64,000 nt of DNA from the IMG/VR virus record IMGVR_UViG_3300046808_001087; one strand, given 5' to 3'. Positions 49,859 through 57,773 of this stretch are shown here, one piece after another (position 1 is the first letter of the stretch; the number at the start of each line of letters is the position of its first letter). This stretch comes from an uncultured virus (IMG/VR IMGVR_UViG_3300046808_001087) (Duplodnaviria; Heunggongvirae; Uroviricota; Caudoviricetes). Position numbers and translations under genes: made by a program. Under the pieces are notes generated by a model. It did not search any database. It had not been told where the DNA came from and worked only from the letters and a program-made list of their open reading frames with translations.

Positions 49859-50278
49859 TTATTTTAGTAAATAAATTTTATTGGTACCATTAACCATATT
49901 TACTTCATCCCCATGAAATATTGGTTCTTGTGTTGATTTTATTACAAAACTATCGTTTTTATATGGGTTGTATGAAACTATTTCTCCTTCTTGTTCTTGA
50001 GGTATTTCATCACAAGGAAACTCACAATAATCTTCTAAAATACCGATTACAAATGCGTGTACATTTTTAGTCTTCTCCTTTCTTACCTTTTCCAAACCTC
50101 CTTTACGTACTCTAAATTCTACATTAGATAACTTTATAAAATCCGCATGTAAAACAACTATTCCACTTTTCTGAACAGAGAATGTGTATTTATGAAGATT
50201 ATAATAAACCATAACTTTCTGGCCAATTATGTTATCTTTTAAAACATCTTTTTGTGACTCTGATATTAAAATAATCAT
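49859..50278 (-). CDS. Phage hypothetical protein (VYYNLH...KNVHAF) with MIILISESQ leader
   Basis: 139 aa; ATGA overlap with the upstream gene. Confidence 0.7.
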   Translation of the reverse strand: MIILISESQKDVLKDNIIGQKVMVYYNLHKYTFSVQKSGIVVLHADFIKLSNVEFRVRKGGLEKVRKEKTKNVHAFVIGILEDYCEFPCDEIPQEQEGEIVSYNPYKNDSFVIKSTQEPIFHGDEVNMVNGTNKIYLLK

Positions 50279-50790
50279 AAACCTCTGAATTCATTTTGAT
50301 TAACAGGGGTTGCAATAATAGTTCTGTAAAATGGTCTATATCCCCCATAAGTATGTTTATTATCTGAAACAACCCTACCGTCATTAGAAACGCTATAATA
50401 TCTAACTCTCGATTCAGTTTCATAATATCCCAAATAATCTCCAAAAGCGATATCTACTTGTAAATCATCAAGATACTTCTGATAAACAGAAAATCTCATG
50501 TTACCGGGTTCATCCAATTCCACTCTACTTTTACTTATCATTTGGTTAGTCGGTGCTGAAATTTGAACGAATCCTTTTAATTCTATTGGAGGTAAGAATT
50601 GAATCCCGTCAGAAAGAGCTTCCCCATACACGTCATCTGTTTTTGTCTTGTATCTATCAACACGGTAAAGAATAACAGTAAAGTTCATGTCACCTTCCAA
50701 CCATTCTTGGCCCATGTCAATATCTAAGGCATAGTCCTCTCCTCCGAAGAATCTACCTAATCTTGTTATTGGAACTAATTTTTCTTGCAT
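50275..50790 (-). CDS. Neck/head-completion protein (T4 gp14-like)
   Basis: VILYRVD...DDVYGEA...F.PPIEL, GDY; context. Confidence 0.6.
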   Translation of the reverse strand: MQEKLVPITRLGRFFGGEDYALDIDMGQEWLEGDMNFTVILYRVDRYKTKTDDVYGEALSDGIQFLPPIELKGFVQISAPTNQMISKSRVELDEPGNMRFSVYQKYLDDLQVDIAFGDYLGYYETESRVRYYSVSNDGRVVSDNKHTYGGYRPFYRTIIATPVNQNEFRGL

Positions 50791-50796
50791 AGTATA

Positions 50797-50827
50797 TTTG
50801 ATAAATACTTAATTTTATTTATATTTA
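50797..50827 (+). promoter_or_regulatory. Putative early promoter TTTG-N19-TATATTTA for the SET/SNF2 genes
   Basis: Same geometry as upstream of the DNA polymerase and ssb genes. Confidence 0.55.
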
Positions 50828-50839
50828 ACACAAAAATAG

Positions 50840-51238
50840 ATGAGAATCTTTCCACCGACTAAAATTTATATATCTAAAAGTAATATTCACGGATACGGTG
50901 TTTTTGCAAATACTTTAATTATTGAGGGGGAAATAATAGAGGAGTGTCCTATTTTTGATTTAGGAATACCTAAAGGTGCACCAAGTCCTCTATTTATTGA
51001 TTATAGATTCAATTGGCCTCAAGGGACAGATTTTTGGGATAAACAGGTTATCACTTGGGGATATGGTTCATTATACAACCACTCAAACACACCAAACGCA
51101 TCTTGGAGGTCCAACATTGATAACCACACTTTCGAATTTTTTTCAACTAAAGACATAAACCCGCATGAGGAAATCTTCGTTTATTATGGTGGTGATGGCT
51201 ATTGGCTCGACGGGAGAACACATACAGATGTTAAATAA
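50840..51238 (+). CDS. SET-domain protein lysine methyltransferase
   Basis: KSNIHGYGVFA, GEIIEE, YNHSNTPN, DINPHEEIFVYYG. Confidence 0.92.
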   Translation: MRIFPPTKIYISKSNIHGYGVFANTLIIEGEIIEECPIFDLGIPKGAPSPLFIDYRFNWPQGTDFWDKQVITWGYGSLYNHSNTPNASWRSNIDNHTFEFFSTKDINPHEEIFVYYGGDGYWLDGRTHTDVK

Positions 51239-51240
51239 TT

Positions 51241-52989
51241 ATGGAACAAACTTTAGAATCCAAAGCATTAGATATACTTGAAATATATGAAGGGTCGAAT
51301 AACTATATTTTAGAATTAAAAAGAAAATCCGAAATAAATAGAAAGTTTTATCCAACAAGAAGTCAATCTGAATACATAATCAACAACCATGACAAAACTC
51401 CAAAAGTTGCAAAAAAGTGGGTTGTTTTGGATGCATATTTTGCACAAAAGTTTGCTAACGACAAGTTACTAACGAAAGTACCTGAAAAAATATGGATAGA
51501 AAAATTATTAGCGGAAAGTGAAAAGGCGTATCATGTTTGGGGTAAGTTTTTTCAGGACGGGGAACTAAGTGAGTTTTGGGTCCCGAAAGCGTCTTTAATT
51601 AAAGATAATACAGTAAAAGACGTAACAATCGACTACTCCAAATATAAGAGTAGACCCCCGATGGAGCATCAGAAGGAGTCTATTCAAAAGTTAGTTGAAA
51701 ATAAAAAGTTTATACTTGCCGACGACATGGGTCTTGGAAAAACAACAAGTACTATTATAGCGGCTTTAGAAACCAAAGCAAAAAAAATTTTGATTATCTG
51801 TCCGGCAACACTTAAGATAAACTGGAAGAGAGAAATAGAAAATTATAGTGATAGACCTGTTTATATTGCTGAAAGTAAAAACTTTAGTACTGAACATGAT
51901 TTCGTGATTATTAACTACGACATCATAAAAAATTTTCATGATGTTAAAAAGAAAAAGGATTCTCAGATTTTAAAATCAAACTTCGATTTGGTTATTGTTG
52001 ACGAAGCTCATTATATAAAAAACGCACAAGCACAAAGAACAAAATTAATAAATGACATCGTCAAAGATATTGAAAGGTTATGGTTACTAACAGGTACTCC
52101 TATGACATCAAGACCAATTGACTACTATAACTTACTTAGTTTAGTCGATTCTCCTGTTGCTAAAAATTGGATGGCATACGTGATAAGGTATTGTGCAGGA
52201 TATCAATTCAAGGTAGGACATAGAAAAGTTTGGAATGTTATGGGTTCATCAAATTTGGAAGAACTGAGAGACAGAACATCAGGTACGATATTAAGAAGAT
52301 TGAAAGAGGACGTTTTGGATTTACCTGATAAAATTATTACACCTGTTTATCTGAGACTAAAATCAAAGGCATATGAAGAATTAATGGGTGAATATTTTGA
52401 ATGGTATAGAAGTAATCCTGAGGAATCAAAATCATTAACTGTACAGTTTACAAAACTAACGAAAGTAAGACAAGTCATTGCAAATGAAAAGATTCAACAG
52501 ACAATAGAAATAGCTGAGAATATCATTGAACAAGATAAAAAAGTTATCATATTTTGTAATTTTACCGATTCTCTAAATCAGATTGTTAATCATTTCGGAA
52601 AACAAGCGGTAAAAATAGACGGGTCAATGTCAAAAATAGAAAGACAAAATAGTGTAGACCAATTTCAGGAAAATGATAAAGTCAAAGTTTTTGTTGGTAA
52701 TATCAAAGCCGCTGGTGTAGGAATCACTTTGACAGCTGCGGAAGCGGTTATTATGAATGATTTATCTTTCCTCCCTTCAGACCATTCACAAGCGGAAGAT
52801 AGAGCATATAGAATTGGTCAAAAAAATAATGTTTTGGTTTATTATCCTCTATTTGAAAACACAATTGAAGGTTTAATTTATGATATTTTAATGGCAAAAA
52901 AACAAGTTATTGCAACGGTTATGGGTGATAACCTGAACGATTCAGACTTCGTAGAAGAGATAATGAATAAAATTAATGAAATGAGATAA
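51241..52989 (+). CDS. SNF2-family ATPase (SMARCAL1/HARP-like)
   Basis: LADDMGLGKT, DEAH, LTGTP, LRRLKEDVL, AGVGITLT, QAEDRAYRIGQ. Confidence 0.93.
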   Translation: MEQTLESKALDILEIYEGSNNYILELKRKSEINRKFYPTRSQSEYIINNHDKTPKVAKKWVVLDAYFAQKFANDKLLTKVPEKIWIEKLLAESEKAYHVWGKFFQDGELSEFWVPKASLIKDNTVKDVTIDYSKYKSRPPMEHQKESIQKLVENKKFILADDMGLGKTTSTIIAALETKAKKILIICPATLKINWKREIENYSDRPVYIAESKNFSTEHDFVIINYDIIKNFHDVKKKKDSQILKSNFDLVIVDEAHYIKNAQAQRTKLINDIVKDIERLWLLTGTPMTSRPIDYYNLLSLVDSPVAKNWMAYVIRYCAGYQFKVGHRKVWNVMGSSNLEELRDRTSGTILRRLKEDVLDLPDKIITPVYLRLKSKAYEELMGEYFEWYRSNPEESKSLTVQFTKLTKVRQVIANEKIQQTIEIAENIIEQDKKVIIFCNFTDSLNQIVNHFGKQAVKIDGSMSKIERQNSVDQFQENDKVKVFVGNIKAAGVGITLTAAEAVIMNDLSFLPSDHSQAEDRAYRIGQKNNVLVYYPLFENTIEGLIYDILMAKKQVIATVMGDNLNDSDFVEEIMNKINEMR

Positions 52990-53006
52990 CTAACATATTT
53001 ATAGTT

Positions 53007-54128
53007 ATGTCAGTTATATCAGAACCAGAAAGAAGTCAGATTTATACTAGAATCAAACACTTATTGGGTGCACCAATCAGAAGTGTTGAAATCGAAGATG
53101 AGATGATGGATTCTCTTATGGAATTGTCCATTGGAGATTACCAACAATACATTTTGGATTGGTTAATCGAATCTCAATGGGTTAACCTTGTTAACTTAGA
53201 TATGAACAACCAATCGGTTGCAAATGCATTGATTACAAGAACAATGAATTTTGAACAACAATTTCAATATTCGTATTCTAAAATTGTTGGACTACAAACA
53301 ACAGGTCCTTGGGTATTAAAAAAAGACTATTTTACACTTAGTGCAAATACACAGTTGTATGAAATTCCTGCGGGAAGAGAAGTTAATGAACTATTATGGT
53401 TCAGTAACCAACCTTGGACAATGTTCGGACTTGGTGGTGTTGGTGGAGGTTTCGGATTTGACGGTATAGGATTAGGTGCTAACCAAGCCGGTTATGCGCA
53501 ATTTGGATATCAAGGTTCATATTTCATGATGTCAGGTTTTGATTACCTATTAAGAGCTCAGGAAGCAAATATTTTGAATAGGATATTAGGTGGTAGTTTA
53601 ACTTACAGAATAACAGGATTACCTGACGGTAAGAAATTAGTTCATCTATATAATACACCTGGTGGTAGATTTAATTGGTCAAACTACAGTATGTATGCAG
53701 GTAAACAAGTTTGGTATTGGTATTATGATACAACAGGAAAAGATAGAAACGATTGTTTAAAACAGAATCCAGATATAATTAAACTACCTACGGATGTCCC
53801 TGTGGGAACTCTCGAGTGGGCAGATTTAAACGACCCTGCAAAACAGTGGGTAAGAAGATGGTTCACCGCGTACGTCAAAGAAACTTTAGCTAGAGTAAGG
53901 GGAAAATATTCTGGTAACCTCAAAACACCTGATTCTGAAATCACAATGGACTATCAGAGTTTATCAACTGAAGCAAAAGATGAAAAATCAAAACTTGAAG
54001 AGGAACTTAAATTAAGATTGGAAAGACTGAGACCTGAAAAACAAATGGAAAAGGAAGCATTAATTGCTGAAAATTTAAATAAACAACTCAAGTATCATGC
54101 TTTCCCAAGACAAATTTATGTAATATAA
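53007..54128 (+). CDS. Neck protein (T4 gp13-like)
   Basis: LLGAPIRSVEI, WVRRWFTAYVKETLARVRGKY...TMDYQSL.TEA. Confidence 0.75.
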   Translation: MSVISEPERSQIYTRIKHLLGAPIRSVEIEDEMMDSLMELSIGDYQQYILDWLIESQWVNLVNLDMNNQSVANALITRTMNFEQQFQYSYSKIVGLQTTGPWVLKKDYFTLSANTQLYEIPAGREVNELLWFSNQPWTMFGLGGVGGGFGFDGIGLGANQAGYAQFGYQGSYFMMSGFDYLLRAQEANILNRILGGSLTYRITGLPDGKKLVHLYNTPGGRFNWSNYSMYAGKQVWYWYYDTTGKDRNDCLKQNPDIIKLPTDVPVGTLEWADLNDPAKQWVRRWFTAYVKETLARVRGKYSGNLKTPDSEITMDYQSLSTEAKDEKSKLEEELKLRLERLRPEKQMEKEALIAENLNKQLKYHAFPRQIYVI

Positions 54129-54134
54129 TTATTT

Positions 54135-54470
54135 ATGGCAATAATCAAAACAATACCATCGCAGAGACTAATTCACGGAAGAATACTTAATACCTCAGAA
54201 GTATCGATAGTATCAGAATCAGAGTACTCCTCTCAAGGGGAAGACTGTATAATTGTAAAAGGGGTACCTAGAAGTGTAATAATCTTGAACTCAAGAACAA
54301 CGGACCATACTGTTGTGAAAGCACTGACGGATATTATAATAAGACCTGATGCAGGTAGAATAGATGAAGAATTCGATGAAATTGAAATGGGACACGGTGC
54401 CTGTGTCGAGTTCAGATTCTGTGGGGGAAATTGGTATATTTTATCCTCAGACGGATTAAAACAGTCGTAA
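54135..54470 (+). CDS. Hypothetical beta-rich protein, probably virion-associated
   Basis: 111 aa ending GGNWYILSSDG; follows the neck gene. Confidence 0.6.
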   Translation: MAIIKTIPSQRLIHGRILNTSEVSIVSESEYSSQGEDCIIVKGVPRSVIILNSRTTDHTVVKALTDIIIRPDAGRIDEEFDEIEMGHGACVEFRFCGGNWYILSSDGLKQS

Positions 54471-54509
54471 TAAAAAAGGAATATGTTTTTTACATATTCC
54501 TTTTTTATT
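54469..54509. terminator. Bidirectional terminator between convergent genes
   Basis: aataaaaaaggaatatgt-ttttt-acatattccttttttatt 18-bp stem. Confidence 0.85.
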
Positions 54510-57289
54510 TAATTCACTTTCTGTTCCCACCCTTCCTCAGCTAACTCGTACATATAATCAGAATTTAAACCTCTCTTTTCCCAGTATTTAATTTCACCCT
54601 CAGATAGAGACATTACCTCTTCTAAACTATCTTGGTCTCCTTCCTCGAAAGGTTGTCCATTAATCAATTCACATTGTGAAGTTGTAAAAATACCCCTGTC
54701 TTCCGGATTATCAACCAACATAGTATCTCTTATTTCTTGTTTAAATACCACAAGGAGAGGTTCAATACGTTTATTGAAGGTTGTTATCGCTCTTGGTACA
54801 TTATAATCGCCAGTCAATTCTGGGTTGGTCTCAAGTATATTAGAGTTTAACATATAGCAATTAACCATAACACCTTCAGTGATTGGCTTTGCTCTAGGGT
54901 TTTCATGTAACAGAATTGCGTTGGTATCTTTAATTTGTTTCGCGGTCATCTTCTGAACATCTCCTTGTGATGCCTTTGTGCCATTATTTACATACATGAT
55001 AACATCACCCAAGTTCACATTTAAATTTTCTTTTATCGCCAGTTCCATATGAGCCATACGAGACATACTATTACCGGCCTTCGTTTTAGTGGTTAATCTT
55101 TTCTTATAGTCATCAAGAGTTAATTTTACTTTTGCTCTTTGTGCAATCTTGGACAGAGGAATTTTTTTATCATATATCTTTTGAAGATACTCGTAGTAAT
55201 ATTCGACAAAAGATTTACCATCACCCTCGAGTAACATTTTTATACCCTTATCCAAAAACTCCTCGATGTATATTGGAAGTTTTTTCGATTTGATACTGTT
55301 ACCTGTTAGTTTAATCTTACCCTTTGCGTCCATTACAGCATAGTTCTTACGAGCCAAATTAATACATGATGGCCAAACTCCATCCGTATCAAGTGCCATC
55401 TCACCTCTCATGAATATATCATTATATTCTGCAACATCTGCTTCAGGACCTGTATATTCTTTACCTAACTTTACTTTCCAATTTAATCCACGGCCGACGT
55501 ATTTTCTGTTTTCAACTCCATCAGGACTAGAAAAGTTCACACCATCCGTATCCATCACAAGAGGGGTATATCCTTTGGACATAAAGAACTTAATCATCTG
55601 ACGAAGATATTGTCTACCTGTACAAGTAATCTGTTCTCCCATATACATGTCTCCCCAAGCAAAAACCTGAGGGGCAGATAATGCACCGAACATCGAGTTG
55701 ATAAAAATTTTAATCGGTAGTTGTTTATTACCATATGACTCTGACTTTTTCTTATCAGTTTCATAATACTGTTCTGATAATTGCTTGTATTTGATACGAG
55801 TATCACGGAACCACTTTAACATCCCTTTCATTGCACCTGTTACATCACAATCAGGAAAAACATCGTGTACAAGTTGAATGGAGGGGTATAGAGACGAGAA
55901 GTCGAGCTTAAGTACATTCTTACTATAACCGACCTTAAGTAGTCGAGAAAGACCTCCTACGAAGTCTGTCTTGTCTTGTTTCGCAGGGATTGCCAATTTA
56001 TGTTTGTATGACCAAGCTAACATCAACATCTTCCACAAAGTTGCGGTACCCATAGTCGACACTCTCTCATAGGTTGTTGGAATCATAGCTGCCAGTAGGA
56101 ACGAGCCTTGATTGAACTCTTGGTCAACCTTTAAGGTTTCCTCCAAGTCATCATCAAGGTATCTTTCTACAAGATTATCTCCCGTAGTTTTGATATAAAC
56201 ATCATTTCTTTTTTCACAGATTTCGTCAATCTTAGGGTCAACACCAACTTTTCTATAATTACCATTTTGTGTGTTTAGCCAAAATTCTTCTTTATTAACA
56301 TACATTTTCCCAATATCTAAATGGTCGATATATACACGGTCAGCAGCTTCAGCATTAATATACTTGGTAATATATTTCAAACCCGCAGATTTGATACTTG
56401 AATTAATCGCTTGAGCTCTTCTTACCGCATGAATAATATCAATAACATTATAACCCCATATTGAAGTTTGAACATAAGACTCCACTTCATTTGCCAATTT
56501 CAGCATACTATCTTTTCTTGTGAAAGAATGTTGCGGATGTAGGGACTTACAAACTTTTCTTGGGTCAATTTTTAGTATAGAACATCTTTCGAAAATCCAA
56601 TGCCAGTCGAAGTTTGCAGAGTTATATCCACCAATAATACTTGGTTTTATCTCATCTATTATATTAAAAAACTCTATAATTGCACCCCTCTCTTGAGACT
56701 CATCCATACACTCAATAACTTTGTGGTATCCCTTGTTTGTCTTAATTCCAATCATGAATATACGACCATCTTTAGGTTCCAAAGATGTTGTCTCCAAGTC
56801 ATACACAAGTCTTGTTACTTGATTATAGTCTTCGAAACCCTTAAATAATCTTTTCTCTTTTGATATGAGGTATTGCTCTACGGGTGGAAGAATTGTAATT
56901 TTATCTTTTGTTTTATCACCCCATGGGTCACATCCTCCGTCCCTGAAGAACTGAATTAGTTCTCTATAACCTTTGAGAGATTTAACCATGAAAGTCATTC
57001 CTCTCTCTAATCTTTCATTTCCTGAGGTTTCAAGTTTCTCAATCATAATTCCATATTTGGTCATGGCCTCTTTTTGAGCGGCTTTGGAATCGTTGTAAAA
57101 CTTGAGACCTTTTAAGTCACCAACCCATGCGAATGGAATGAAAGTGTCTTTTCTGATTTCTTTTCCTTTACCAGGAATTTCTTTGATTTTGTAGATGGAG
57201 TTAGACGCGTAATCGAATTCGATTGCAACAATAAATTCTTCGGGGTCGTTTCCGTGCAGAAACGATTCAATTTCTTCGTTAGATATCAT
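54509..57289 (-). CDS. Family B DNA polymerase with 3'-5' exonuclease
   Basis: YDLETT (Exo I), GYNSANFD (Exo II), DFSSLYPS (A), KIFINSMFG (B), MDTDG (C), KNYA; start moved to ATG 57289 (MISNEEI). Confidence 0.95.
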   Translation of the reverse strand: MISNEEIESFLHGNDPEEFIVAIEFDYASNSIYKIKEIPGKGKEIRKDTFIPFAWVGDLKGLKFYNDSKAAQKEAMTKYGIMIEKLETSGNERLERGMTFMVKSLKGYRELIQFFRDGGCDPWGDKTKDKITILPPVEQYLISKEKRLFKGFEDYNQVTRLVYDLETTSLEPKDGRIFMIGIKTNKGYHKVIECMDESQERGAIIEFFNIIDEIKPSIIGGYNSANFDWHWIFERCSILKIDPRKVCKSLHPQHSFTRKDSMLKLANEVESYVQTSIWGYNVIDIIHAVRRAQAINSSIKSAGLKYITKYINAEAADRVYIDHLDIGKMYVNKEEFWLNTQNGNYRKVGVDPKIDEICEKRNDVYIKTTGDNLVERYLDDDLEETLKVDQEFNQGSFLLAAMIPTTYERVSTMGTATLWKMLMLAWSYKHKLAIPAKQDKTDFVGGLSRLLKVGYSKNVLKLDFSSLYPSIQLVHDVFPDCDVTGAMKGMLKWFRDTRIKYKQLSEQYYETDKKKSESYGNKQLPIKIFINSMFGALSAPQVFAWGDMYMGEQITCTGRQYLRQMIKFFMSKGYTPLVMDTDGVNFSSPDGVENRKYVGRGLNWKVKLGKEYTGPEADVAEYNDIFMRGEMALDTDGVWPSCINLARKNYAVMDAKGKIKLTGNSIKSKKLPIYIEEFLDKGIKMLLEGDGKSFVEYYYEYLQKIYDKKIPLSKIAQRAKVKLTLDDYKKRLTTKTKAGNSMSRMAHMELAIKENLNVNLGDVIMYVNNGTKASQGDVQKMTAKQIKDTNAILLHENPRAKPITEGVMVNCYMLNSNILETNPELTGDYNVPRAITTFNKRIEPLLVVFKQEIRDTMLVDNPEDRGIFTTSQCELINGQPFEEGDQDSLEEVMSLSEGEIKYWEKRGLNSDYMYELAEEGWEQKVN

Positions 57290-57348
57290 ATTATATTTTT
57301 TTGGGTGACTTATTTGCTTCCACTCATAGTGAAGTTTGTCTTCCAAAT

Positions 57349-57379
57349 TAAATATAAAAAACTATTTTAACGAATCAAA
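57349..57379 (-). promoter_or_regulatory. Putative early promoter TTTG-N19-TATATTTA for the DNA polymerase
   Basis: Read directly; same geometry as 50797-50827. Confidence 0.55.
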
Positions 57380-57757
57380 TTAACAACAAGGGTCGATAGC
57401 AGAAAAACTGTCTTGGACATTTATATAAATCTCTTCTCTTAAAGGCAGAATTAAATTTCCTTCGTCATTCTTAATTAAAAACTCACCTTTATATCTGCCA
57501 ACGGTATTAGTATCTCTCGAATTAAATTGGAAATAAATATAATATTCAGGAGGTGCTCCGGCAGGTAGGTATATTGGTACAATGCCACAAGGAGCATCAA
57601 TTATTTTAGGTATCCCATTTGTTGTGTCTACCATAGAGAAGTATATTGAAGATACTTCTAAATCCTCCATTAGTTGTTGGTACCCAGACCTTCCATCTTT
57701 AACGACTTGCATTTTTAAAATTGGAAGAGATGCATTCTTTTTAATAAAAAATTCCAT
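57380..57757 (-). CDS. BppU N-terminal-like small structural protein
   Basis: MEFFIKKNASLPILKM...FSM...DTNTVGRYKGEF...LP pattern; start moved to 57757, 3 nt after TATTTATT. Confidence 0.55.
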   Translation of the reverse strand: MEFFIKKNASLPILKMQVVKDGRSGYQQLMEDLEVSSIYFSMVDTTNGIPKIIDAPCGIVPIYLPAGAPPEYYIYFQFNSRDTNTVGRYKGEFLIKNDEGNLILPLREEIYINVQDSFSAIDPCC

Positions 57758-57773
57758 AACAATAAATATATTG

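Noticed and set aside
49859..50278. Assignment to a known anti-defence family
   Set aside because: I could not match it to a characterised family from memory; left as hypothetical pending an HMM or structure search
20270..57289. Inteins or introns in nrdJ, helicase, recombinase or polymerase
   Set aside because: Lengths are ordinary, motifs are contiguous, and no intein-terminal HN-C/S/T or LAGLIDADG blocks were seen
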